A program made the position numbers and the translations under genes. Below, piece by piece: positions 1 to 11,778 of a DNA stretch of 64,000 nt. Source of the DNA: Chlorokybus atmophyticus (taxonomy: Eukaryota; Plantae; Mesostigma and Chlorokybus algae); contig RHPI01001116.1 of NCBI GenBank assembly GCA_009103225.1, forward strand, positions 124,001 to 188,000, read 5' to 3'. Numbering within the stretch: position 1 is the first letter of the stretch; each line of letters begins with the position of its first letter. Under the pieces are notes generated by a model. That model ran no database searches. It saw only the letters and a list, made by a program, of their open reading frames with translations, and was not told the origin of the DNA.

Positions 1-495
1 GCATAAAATGTATGTGTCTGAATTTTGTTGCATACATCGTGATCGCTTTTTATGCTATAATATGTGCACTTTATAACGATGTCAGCATAGTCAACCATGA
101 GAAAGTTGACATGCTCACGATATTACATTACGTCAAGCGTATTGATTGTCATCTGAGAAATGCAAACAATTGCACATATCGCCATGTAGTGACCAAAACC
201 ATGGATTGTGTTTATACTTCATTGCGTGACGGTCTGGGTACCTCTCCCAACGGGGAGTACAACACCAACATCACATGGTCAAAGCAAAGTTTGCTGCTCA
301 ACATTGGTATCAGGTAGCATCACTCTGAGTGATTCACTCACATTGAATGGCCAATTCACAAGGGTACAACAAGTTGTACAACAGCCTGTGTAAGCTACAA
401 GTTTGCCTACAACGCCTGCTTGCGCGAAGCGACCCAAATTAGGGTTTCTATATGCCAGCGTCTGCACGAGCGCGGTGGGGACGTCCTCCTCCGCA

Positions 496-3108
496 ATGGC
501 GACGGCGGCGGCGAGGTTGGTGAGGCGTCTCGCGGGCGGTCATGGGGCCGCGACGCAATGGCTGGCTTCGACGTCTTCGACGAGCACCACCATCGCCGCC
601 GCGGGAGCAGCGGGTTGGCAGCTGGTGAGTAGTTGAACCAGTAAAGTTGACGTTCACTGGTTTGCCACCCAATGCAGCACCACTGGCCGCCTCCTGTTTC
701 AACTGGCCTGGTCTGATGAGAAGTTGCACCGTGGTATTGAAACACTCAGATAGCAGCACAGTGTTCAATACGTCTATATCAACCCTTGAGGACTGTTGCT
801 TGCCTGCCACATGTGAGCGTTACTGCCCTTCAGCTTCAGTCTCTGCCAACATGAACGACCAATTGCGCACATGGCTTCATTGTGTCGTGTTCAAGCGCTG
901 AGTGCTTCAAACATGAAGCATGCGCAGTCAGAAGCGCTACTCTACCTGTCAAAACAGTCACAATGCACAATTGTGGTGTATACTGTTGCAAAGTTGCCTG
1001 AAGGTCAGCAGCTGGAAACTGTTGAGCTGCTTTTTCACAGTTGTCTTTCAAGTATGCCTTCCCACTTGGTCTCTGTTGGCCACTGACAGGGCCAAGTTTG
1101 CATGCATATTCCCGATTACATTCCCAGACGCATGCACTGGTCGATTAAAGTTGCTCTTGTGATTTACCCCTATCAATCTTGCATTGCGCGTTGCGTGAAC
1201 ACAATCCGTCATAGTCCCTGCGCAAAGTCACTCATGTTCATTACTTGTGCGTTGATTGACGTTACAAAGCGTACGTCGCTGCTTGCCAAATCGGGTTATA
1301 GGCACTTTGTTTCCATTCATTGCTTTGTTGCGTTCCCGCCAGATGCAAAGGCGCAATGTCACATACATGCCGACGCCAGGCGACTCGCAGACCCGCAAGG
1401 TCACGCTCATCCCCGGCGACGGCATCGGCCCAGAAGTCACGAGTACGTGTCTTGCTTGCAAACAGTCAGATCCACATGTATCTCTTTAAGTATGCATACT
1501 ACGAGAGCATGAGACTGATGTGAGGGGACTGGTGCAGGAGTGTGATTTTCAAAAGTTAACTTTATATAGTGTGAAAGTGAATTGAGAAGAGTACAACATG
1601 TTGTGTGTGCACAGTGCTTACTCAGGGTGTTGAAGCGCTTTGTTGCGTGTTTGTTGTGCAGCGGCTGTGAAGCGGGTGGTGGCTGCCATGAACGCGCCTA
1701 TCGAGTGGGAAGTGTTCAACCTCAGCGGCAGGGCTGAAGACGTGCCCACCGAGGTGGTGGCATCCATCAGGCGCAACCGAGTCTGCCTAAAAGGTGTGCA
1801 GCAGCTACGTCTAGCATGCGTGTCATAGGTGGCTGTTTTTACAATCAAGTCAGAACTCTCTTTCTTCAGGGACGCTGTTCACGCCGTTGGACGAGAAGAA
1901 CACGTCCACGCAGTCAATGAACGTGCAGATCCGCAAGTCGCTCAACCTGTACGCAAACCTCGTGCATGTGCACAACATACCCGGCCTGAAGACGCGCCAC
2001 GACAATGTGGACATCGTCATCATTCGTGAGAACACCGAAGGCGAGTACAGCGGCCTCGAGCATGAGGTCGTCCCCGACGTGGTTGAGAGCCTCAAAGTTA
2101 TCACAGAAACAGCCTCCATGCGCATGTGAGTGTGCAATTCACTTACTGTTATCATGTTAATGTTTCAATGGATGTTGGTGGTGACCCTTTTGTCGTGTCA
2201 TCAGTGCCGAGTATGCGTTTGAGTACGCATTCATGAACAACCGAAAGAAGGTGACGGCGGTGCACAAGGCGAACATCATGAAGCTGTGCGACGGGCTATT
2301 CCTGGAGTGCTGCCGGAAGGTCGCCAAGAGGTACCCACACATCAAGTACGAGGAGATGATCGTTGACAACACATGCATGCAGGTGGGTAAGGCTACCTCT
2401 GTGCGCGCGTGCGTTCATTCCGTCCATTGTGTGACATGTGAAGACTGATAGCTTGTCGGACATGTTTCAGCTTGTGAGCAGACCGGAGCAGTTTGATGTG
2501 ATGGTGACGCCGAACTTGTACGGGAGCTTAGTGACGAACGTGGGCGCGGGTCTGGCTGGCGGGCCCGGGCTCATGCCTGGCGGGAATGTTGGTATGGGCG
2601 TTGCCGTCTTCGAACAGGCGAGTCACACCCGGTTGTTCCTTCAAACTCGTTGCGGTGTGTGCGATATTGGTTCGACGGAAGTTGTCGTGTGTATGTAGGG
2701 TGCACGCCATGTTGCCAAAGACATAGCCGGCCAGAACAAGGCCAACCCCACGGCCCTGCTATTGAGCGCCGCAATGATGTTCCGTTACCTCAAGGTGTGT
2801 GCACTTGGCTGAGCATGGGACACATGATGGGCGATACTCGCATCTGTACACTGAGTGTCATCTTGTTTATTGATCAAGTGTTGTTGGGCAGTTGGATAGC
2901 TTTTCTGATCGCTTGGAACGAGCCGTCATCAAGGTCATCAGTGAGGGCAGGGTACGCAACCTTGTGTTTTACCACAACAATAACAACACTACAAGTGGGT
3001 ATGCGTGCACAACTGCACCTTTTTTTACAGGGGCGAACACGAGACCTGGGCGGGTACACCACTACGACCGAGTTCACAGACATGGTCATCAGCGAGCTCG
3101 CATCATGA
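496..3108 (+). CDS. IDH1: Mitochondrial NAD-dependent isocitrate dehydrogenase, regulatory (non-catalytic) subunit; ~9 exons
   Basis: Presequence-like exon 1 ([12 protein letters not shown]), then exons encoding [87 protein letters not shown] in place of MPNLYGD marks the regulatory type. Confidence 0.93.
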
Positions 3109-3440
3109 CCATGTTGCAGCAGTAAACGGTGTACAGGTTCCTAACCCCTAACCCACCTATTCGCTGAGATCTGGCCTGGCCTCATGATTGCTGCACTGCG
3201 ATGACTGTTGCTGGGATCACATTCAAAGTTGTGCGTGCCACCGTTGTAACTCTAGCGCACACTCTAGGCATGTGTGACATAAGCTGTAGCTTCTTGCTCA
3301 AGGATGGTGGCTCTCCACAGCCTAAGTTTATTCTTTACAGTATTGCAATGTGGAGCCTGCTACACACCGTTTGAGAGCTGGCACTTGTGAGACTTTGCGA
3401 TCGCTCAATATTTGCAGTTGTTACAACCCGACATGTCTAC

Positions 3441-5206
3441 CTACACGCCAACTCCTTCCACTTGCCCCCCAAGCTGCCGTATCCTCCTCATCCTCACGCT
3501 GATCTCCCCCCGTATCTGCCCCTCGTACTTCTTCCCCTTTCCAAGACCGCGCATCGCCTCGAGGAAGTCCTGCCACGCAATCTCATAAATTGCCACATTT
3601 GTCCCCAGGCTTGCCGTTCACTCACACACAACACAGTCAGCAAATACGCACAAGCACAGTTGCAGATACAACTGCATTCCCCACCTGACGCTCAGCGATC
3701 TGCGCCAGCAGCTCGTCCACGGCGGCTTCGGAGACGTTCGAGGTGGCGAGGAGACGGGACTCGGCAGCTGCACGAGCATCGGCATGAGCTGCACGGGCAG
3801 CCTCAGACGAGGCCATGGCTGCTAACTCCTCCGGGCTGCGGCCCAGGTCCTCCATCGCCTTGGGTAGAGAGAGTGAGGGTTGTTGGTGGTTGTGAAATGG
3901 TTATAGTTGGCTTGCAAAGTGAACTTGCAGGTGGTGGGGTCCATCAAAACAAGTGTATACAGACTGACATGTGTGCACACGAGCGCGTCCACACACGCCC
4001 ACACATGCCCACATGCCCACACGCTCGCATGCACGTTCGCACATGCACACGCACACACACGCGTACACACATGCGCGCAAACACGGTTACGATTGAGCAC
4101 ACCAACAAATCTGCACCCACACTTCGATTCTGCACACACACATGCACCGGCACGCGCGGTTACACACAAGCGCACACATATACTTATACAATGCATATGC
4201 TTACACAATGCATGACCGCACACACAGACAAGACAGAGAGGAGATTGAAGCTAGCCATGTGGCAATGCAATCACCTTTGCTAGGCGCGCCTTCTCTGCAT
4301 CACGGTCCATGCCAGGAACGCCTTGACCTCTGCATATGAACATGATCAAATCGGCGAGTGAGCGTGCCGACCCAAAGTGTTGCTGCTTCATTATGTTGGT
4401 CACTCTACAAGCACATGACGACTCTCCCCCTACACACCTGTAGTCCTCGCGCTCAAGTGGCGCATCGCGCACAATATCTGCCAACATTTTCTTCCCGCTG
4501 AATGATGTTGGCACGGGAGCTGGTTGTGACTCTGCCTGCATGCGCGTGAACACAACATGTGTTGGTCTCATTGGTAAAAATGATGCCAATACTAACACCT
4601 CGTGTGCCTCACCTGGCGAGTGGCGCAGCGGGCACGGGTGCGGGCAGAAGGCCGGGCGTCGCCAGCGGGAAGGCACCCGGATTCTGTACAGACGTGTGTT
4701 TGTGTGTCGTGTGTGTACAGGCTTGGTTGTGTGGCACAACAACCTCCGTGAGTTTATGCTGCAGCTTACCGCAGATGGACTGACGCATGTGCTTGCGCTG
4801 AAGGTGGGTGAACCTGCTGTCGCTCAGCACACCTGCGTGTGATCAGAGTTACTGTTATGCGGACTGATCCGCCTGCGTGATATGACCATGATTTACTCAT
4901 AACTCGAAGGACGCTTGTTGCAACCAAGACCAAGTCCGTTGTTGTGACTATTGATCAAAGTACGCTGGCTGATGTGCGTGGGGGTGCGCGTGGGCGTGCA
5001 TGTGTGATGGGTGTGTTGTGTGACTGCGACGTTGCTTGATGATGACCATGTTCACTCCGCAATGTGCGTGCGTGTGCTTATGCCCCTTGGCACTGTGTGC
5101 ACACGTGTGTATCCATCCACTCACTGTCGAGCAGCTGTTGTGTCTGCCTCGTGAGAGATTCCCTTCGCCGCGGCGGCGCACGCATCCCAGACCCAAAGCT
5201 ACCCAT
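3441..5206 (-). CDS. UPF0193 / EVG1 (C22orf23)-like protein, cilium-associated family; ~7 exons
   Basis: Spliced reading gives SLTRQTQQLLDSVLSDSRFTHLQRKHMRQSICESGCLP ... EREDYRGQGVPGMDRDAEKARLA ... VDELLAQIAERQDFLEAMRGLGKGKKYEGQIRGEISVRMR. This matches from memory the EVG1 blocks ([50 protein letters not shown]...EISQKLRE). Confidence 0.75.
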
Positions 5207-5279
5207 CACAAACGATGCTGTACGCCTCTACTTGATGAGCAGCAATCGGTAAAGGAACGACCAGTGATGAATTCAACCC

Positions 5280-5334
<55 letters not shown>
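5280..5334. repeat. (CT)n microsatellite in the divergent intergenic region
   Basis: About 27 CT units with one interruption. Confidence 0.95.
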
Positions 5335-5336
<2 letters not shown>

Positions 5337-5386
5337 GCCACCGCCCCGGACTCGCCTGTCTATGGAAAAATGACACCGCCGCCCAA

Positions 5387-5468
5387 GTCACGTGACCAGC
5401 GCCCGCGTTACGCTACGCAACCCGACAAGCCGTAACTCCGATACGCCCAACAGGCCAGGTCACGTGAC
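5387..5468. promoter_or_regulatory. Two GTCACGTGAC palindromes (extended G-box/E-box) in a bidirectional promoter
   Basis: Exact 10-bp palindrome at 5387-5396 and 5459-5468, between divergent ATGs at 5206 (-) and 5557 (+). Confidence 0.55.
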
Positions 5469-5556
5469 GTGGCTGTCGTCCTCCACCTCCATCTCCCCCT
5501 CCCCCTCCTCCTCCTCCACCGCCTCCCCCGTCCCCCTCCTCCTCCTCCTCCTCCTC

Positions 5557-5921
5557 ATGGGTACCGGCGGCAAGAAGCAGCAGCTTGGCCGAGGAGGCGA
5601 GGTAGCGGGGGGAGAGTGGTTGGGGATGGGGGTGGGGGTGGGCGAGGGAAGGGAGACGGCGATGGACAGGGAGACGGCGGCGATGCTGGCCAAACTCGCA
5701 GACCTGGAAATCGACGCAGCAGGTGTGTGTGAGAGTGTCTGCTCCTTCCTGAAGTAATGAGTCAAGCGTGTACGACTACTGTTGGAGTAGTAGAGTCGCT
5801 GTGTACCCTGGTGAACTGGCATGGTGTTACTTTCGTACTGGGTGTGTGCATGCGTATCGTACCCATGCCACCAAGTTTCACCCGTCGTTTCGTAGATTGA
5901 CAGCAACTCCTTACAAGCTAT

Positions 5922-5953
<32 letters not shown>

Positions 5954-7974
5954 CCAACACCAACCAAGTCATGTGCTTCGCAGAAAACCTGAGCGCCCGT
6001 CTAGCACAGCTTGCTGCAGATCTCGAAGCCGCAGACGCCCACCTCACCACAAAGCAAACAGAGGTGCGTGTGCACACAGTGTGCAGACAGTATGGCCACC
6101 CCAACCCACACGCAGACGCACACGCACACGCACAGGTCGCAGCCCGTCTCCGCGCCTGTGCCGCCCGCGAGTCCCACCTGCAGTCCCGCGCCCTCCCCGT
6201 TCGGAAAAGCCTCCAACCACAACAAGCACAACCACAACAGCAACAGCAGCAACAAGGAGGAGAAAGAAGGCGTCGCACTACCAACGGCGCGAGCATCGCC
6301 AACTACCTCAACGCGGGCAACAACAGCGCGGCGGCGGAGGCGGACGAGAAGCGCGCGAGGGCGATGAAGAAGGTAGTGAGTGAGAAAGCATGTGTGTATG
6401 CATGTGGGTGTGGGTGTGGGTGTGGGTGTGGGTGTGGGTGTGGGTATAAAATGTGGGTGTGGGTGTTTGTTTGTAGGAGAGGGAGGAGGCGGCTGCAAGG
6501 AAGGCGAAGGAGGCGGAGGTGTGGCAGCTGCGTGTAAAGCTCGAGCAGGCCGGAAGAACCAAAAGGTGCGAGACACATATGTTTGTGTGCACGGGTATGG
6601 GTGCGTGACACATATGTTTGTGTGCACGGGTATGGGTGCGTGCGTGTGCGTGTGTACACGCTCGTGTACGCACATGTGTGCACATGCGCTTGCATGGGGC
6701 GTGCTCCTGTGTATTTCACATTGATCACCTTTCCTTCCTCTCTCAGAAAAGTTGAGACCGAGGCGCGTGCCCTCGCTGCCTACGAGACCTATCTCGCTGC
6801 CGTATCAGAGCACATGGCCGCCACCGAGAGCAGCGCCCAGAACAACAAGCCGATCGATGCCAACGGCACCGCTGCCACACACGCCAACGATACGGGAGAG
6901 AGAGGGGGACCGGCGGAAGTGGTCGCGAGGCATGCGGCGTTGATGGAAAATAACAGGGTGAGTATTTGTATGTGTATGTGGGTGGGTGGGTGGGTGCGGA
7001 GGTGTCGGGGGGGGGGGGGGGGGGGGGGNNNNNNNNNNNNNNNNNNNNNNNNNNNNNNNNNNNNNNNNNNNNNNNNNNNNNNNNNNNNNNNNNNNNNNNN
7101 NNNNNNNNNNNNNNNNNNNNNNNNNNNNNNNNNNNNNNNNNNNNNNNNNNNNNNNNNNNNNNNNGAGGTGGGTGTGCAGGTGTCGGGGGGGGGGGAGTGG
7201 GGGGGCTTGCCTGACGCACACGCACACGCGCGCGCACGTGCAAGCGCACGCGCAGGCGCATGTGTGTGTGTGTGTGTGTGTAAGTGAGAGAGTATGTGCG
7301 TGTGTGTGTGATTGCAAACTGAGGTGTGCTAACAGGATCTGAAGCGGGCGATAGGGGAGAAGGCGCGTGAGCTTGAGGAGCTGAGCGGCACGCTGAGCGC
7401 GTACATGAAGGAGGCCGAGGACAAGCTTCTGGTGGGTGGTGAACGTGTTGTAGTCGTTCTTGTTGTTTGTGCAAAGTACAGCCATGTGACGGACGATGTG
7501 GTGTTCTGCTCTCAGGTGCAAACTTCAATGATTGTGGAGTTGAGGAATAGGCTTGAGACACTGCAAAATGCCAACTCGCAGCTTGATGCCAAGCTGCAGG
7601 TACGTGTGCAGGAAGGACATACACGCACACGCACCACATTTGTGTATGTGGCTATTCAATGACAATGACGATGACGATGATGTTGCGCAGGTACGGGAGG
7701 AGGTGCTGAGCGACCGCAAGAGGCGGCTCGGCGAAGCAAAGATGGCTCTGATGTACCTCTACCAAAGATGCAGGCAAGCCCTGTACATGTCACATACACG
7801 CACGCACGCTCATGCACAGACCAACACGTACTTTTTCTCATAAGGCGTCACATCCATCCGGAGGACGAGCCCGACCCCGCGCGCGCACTTGGGGTCGTGC
7901 TGAGGCGGCTCGAGGACGCGGAGGCTATTTCGCGTGCCGGCGTGGCGGGGATTGTGTTTGGCGGAGGGGGGTAG
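5557..7974 (+). CDS. CFAP73/CCDC42-like (DUF4200) coiled-coil flagellar protein; multi-exon, N gap in an intron, start uncertain (5557 or 5662)
   Basis: Exons give EADEKRARAMKK-EREEAAARKAKEAEVWQLRVKLEQ..KVETEARALAAYETYLAAVSEH, ARHAALMENNRDL, MIVELRNRLETLQ and RLGEAKMALMYLYQRC. This follows the DUF4200/CCDC42 pattern (KRRRA.KK...YL..V; ARY.TL...N.DL; LG..KMA..NL). Confidence 0.68.
6572..6641. repeat. 35-bp tandem duplication inside an intron
   Basis: GACACATATGTTTGTGTGCACGGGTATGGGTGCGT occurs twice head-to-tail. Confidence 0.85.
7029..7164. other. Assembly gap (N run) preceded by a poly-G tract
   Basis: Run of n following about 20 G. Confidence 0.99.
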
Positions 7975-8502
7975 ATGTACTGCAAGCCGTGAGAGGGACT
8001 GTGTGGTTGATTGTGCAAACACACAGTGTGCATATTGTGGGGAGCGCAGCTTAGCTTGGCTTGAACTGCTTGGTGTGATGCACACCTGCTCAGCAAAATA
8101 AAGCGTCGTGAACAGGAGTGGAGCACCATCCTCGCTGGTACCTGTTGTGATATGTAACAACATGCCAGCACGGACAGCACGAACGAACACAATATAAAGG
8201 CAACCGATGCTCATTCTTGGAGTCTGTCTGTGCGGGAAGCAGAGCTCAAGTTGTGCACAGTGCTGCACCAAGGCAACAAGCAAATTAACACTAACCGACA
8301 TTGCAAGAGGTCGGGGACCCACACTCTCACTGACGGACCACCACATGACATCGGTTGCACAGTATCAACCACAACAAGCCGAGTCACAAGTACAGATACT
8401 ACTACTGTCGTATTATAACCATGCAGCCAAAGTTAAACTGACCTACAGCGTACGTACAAAGCAATACTGCGCTGAGCGTATAACTTGTCTTACTATTGTT
8501 TG

Positions 8503-11500
8503 TCAAGCATTGTTCCAACTGGACTTTGCAGCCTCCATGGCTTCAATGCACTCCAGCACGGACGCCTTGCGTGCCATGGCGTCTCTTAGAGCGCTGCCCG
8601 CAGCTTCGTTCTCTTTGAGCAAGTAAGCAGCGTAGTACACCTGCCAGAAAGCACAGAGTTCAAATTGGCATAATCACCACTATGCATATACGCGCATAGC
8701 TAGCAATGATGGAAAGCACACTCATTGCTGCAAAGCGAGTGTGCATAAAGAATAACGATCTTACCGCCCATCTTGTCAACGACTGCTGCTGGTCTTTGCT
8801 AAGCCTCGGTTTGGTCCGGTTCATCATTCTCTGCACTCATCATCCAGCAATCAGCAGCCATCAGTACCATATGTATCCAACGCTCTCCACGCATTTGCTT
8901 CATACATGCAGCAGCTTCCCCCCACCTGTAGTGACAACAGGTCCGCTGTCTGCCCCATCACCTTATCAAACCGCAAGCCCTCCGCTGCGAGCCCGGCCAT
9001 CGACACCACCGACAACCTGCGTGGGAAGAAGTCACACATCGCATCCTGTGCGTGACACACAACAATTCAATCCAACACCCACACCTGTCCAGCTCCTCTG
9101 GCTCAAGGAAGCCGGTCAGGAGGCGCTTCTGCAGCTTGGTGTCGACGAGGTTCACGTGCTCTCTGCCGAGGTCGAGGGAGTAGCTGGTCACGGGCAGACC
9201 GAGGAGGTACGCCACTGCATGATGGTGAGGAAGAAATTTGGTCTGATTGGTTCGCATATGGTGTTGACATTGACATGGGACTTGCCTTGGAAGTGCGCGG
9301 CTTCGTGACGCAGGATGCGCTCGTTGTAGTCGGGAAACACACGCGAGAACTTGTCTATGATGACTTGAAGTAGCCTGTGTGCGCACGGCACATAGTTAGC
9401 AAGCCATCTGGCAAGAACGGATAGTCTACATATCTACCTAACAATCTAAGTTTCCTCCCCAAGCACCCTTTCCCTTCTCAAAGGCAGAAAGAACACTAAA
9501 TTTAGCTAAGAATGACACAAAGAAAAACCCAACAGACACAGTCATGTGTACTACAAGTCCATAGTACAAGCGAGTTCAATTGAGAGATTGGCTGGGGGAG
9601 AAGACAGATGACCTTTGAATGGCACCCACCCTGGAGCAGTGCTGCCAATGGCCAACACGGCCAGCGATATGCCGCCTGTAAGATATGGCACAAAGAAGCC
9701 CCAGTCCTGCAACACCATCAGTAAAAATAAAGTTAATAAGCCAACGTGACAGGATGTGAACGGACTTATAGTGTTGGGAGGGAGATGCAAAGCAAGAGGT
9801 ATCATCTGAAGCGTGCCACATGCCCAAGTAAGCTACATGGAGCACTTCAATGCACTACGCGGTCATCTTTGTATATATATCCTGGTACTTATGCAACAAT
9901 GCATTGCGCTGTGAAAGAGACTGTCAACTGCTGTGGTGGTCGCCTGCTATCAGAGCAGACAGTGTTGATAAAAGTGCAAAACCTGAAGTTTGTAACATGC
10001 ACAAACCAATGCAGAATCTGCATGCAGCTAATCAAGAGCGAATTGCAGACTCTATGCTTCTTGGCAAGCGCTTCTGATGCATATTTCTGCATCAGGCCTA
10101 CACATGTGCGCACAGTGACACAAGAAATTGTTACTTACGCCTGGAAGCTGTCCAGCCAGCACGGCCACGACTGACGTTGATCCCACCACAGTCACCAGGA
10201 ACGCCAGCTGGCAGGGACAGCACGAATGCGGTTACGTGAAGTGCATTGAACAAACACATGCTATGCAGCTCCCCTTCAGAACAGGTTTGACCAAGTGACT
10301 ACAACTGCTCAAGGTTGTCACTCACGTTGTTGCGCTCGCTTGGTATAGCGAGGCTTTCAGCATTCTTTACGCCCATGCGTGTGATCTCATTGACGTTGAC
10401 CTGTACAACACCATCAACATAATCGTTCAAGTGCTGTTTCAGCTTGACTTGATGTGCCATGCATGTGATGCATGCACGTACCGCCCGCCTCACAAGTTTG
10501 GGGACAGAACTCCAACCCTTTGCCGCACCTGGAGAGCAAAGAGTCATGTTGATGTGTTTGAAACTGTCAGTTTCCTTGCCATGCATCGCTGAATGATGCC
10601 AGCGTGCATGCGTGCGATAGGTTGTTTGATACATGCGCACGAGCAGGACAATGCAACTGCGAACCTGCATCTTTGAGGGCAGATAGTGCTGCCTTGGCCG
10701 CTTCTGAGTCTTTCTGCAACAGCGCAGTACAGGCTTGCTTATCATTGCAAGTACCACTGTTGTACACACTGAACGGATCGGTTTTGTGTCAAGGTGACAG
10801 ACAGCATAGTGTATATACTATTGAGTGCAAGTCCGCTCCGTGATGTATCAACTATTGTCGTTAATGCTGAGCGAATGGCTGCGCTATCAACTATTGGCGC
10901 CTCTGTAACAAATTGCCTCAATGCGAAGCACATGTAAGCACTTATGATTCTTGCATAGGACTATGGATCAACCAGTCATGTGCACGCTTTCAGTTCAGCC
11001 TAGTGAAGGGTATGCTCAGGGGCATGGTGGCAAACAGTGCGAACGTAGATGTAACCAACGGATTGTCTCTGTGTGTTTTGATAAGCAAATCAACTCGCCA
11101 AGGTGCAAAATGTAACCCGACATTGTGAAAACGTCGCGACGCTCACGACCAAGCACACAAGCAGTAGGACTGACTGAGATGTTGCTGTGCCATAGCTGAT
11201 AGAGTGGCACAATGCACACGGAACTGCACTTCAGACAACAGTTACTTGCATGCCCAGCACCAATGCAGCACCACATTGGCACTGCTCAATGCCATGTCAT
11301 TGGCACCTCGCTGATGGCAGACGCAAATTCGCTCTTGTAGCGTGAAGGGTCTGAGGCAGGCTTTTGCTCATCCACAGGCGAGGCGGAAGCCCGGACTGCT
11401 ACGCTTAACCGCCTGCTGCCTAGCCCACTGCTCCTCAAAACAGGCAGCCTGCTGCGTCTGCTGCTGGGCTGCGTCAAGCTTGAATCCTTATGCTGGACCA

Positions 11501-11579
11501 CTGAAGACACAGAGTCACAGTCAACACGCTGAGTCTCACACGTCTACACTGCCAGCTGGCTTGCGCTAACCAGGCCATG
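8503..11579 (-). CDS. Plastid M41-like (ATPase-less FtsH-type) HExxH membrane protein, At2g21960/VIR3 family; start approximate
   Basis: Transit peptide (RRLSVAVRASAS), then AESLAIPSERN, LAFLVTVVGSTSVVAVLAGQLPGDWGFFVPYLTGGISL, FPDYNERILRHEAAHFLVAYLLGLPV, SMAGLAAEGLRFDKVMGQTADLLSLQ, QQQSLTRWA, ASVLECIEAME. Closely matches the plant family as remembered. Confidence 0.88.
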
Positions 11580-11778
11580 CTGAGCTGAGTGTGCAGCATT
11601 GATGGCAGCACAAGCACCCACCTGAGCGGGCGGCGGAGCGGGGAGCTGCGGCTGCTGGGAGCGCAGGCAGGAGTTGTAGACAGCACGACGACGCCATTGA
11701 CACCCACCACGACAACCAGTGCCTCCGCCTCCGCCTGCTGCTAAAGAAGCAGAAGCAATGTAGCAACAACTTTGCAGC

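Noticed and set aside
2460-2617. IDH lacks the metal-binding Asp residues (NLYGSLVTN versus NLYGDILSD)
   Set aside because: Expected for the regulatory subunit of NAD-IDH; not novel.
3139-3156. CCTAACCCCTAACCC, telomere-like
   Set aside because: Only two imperfect units; chance level.
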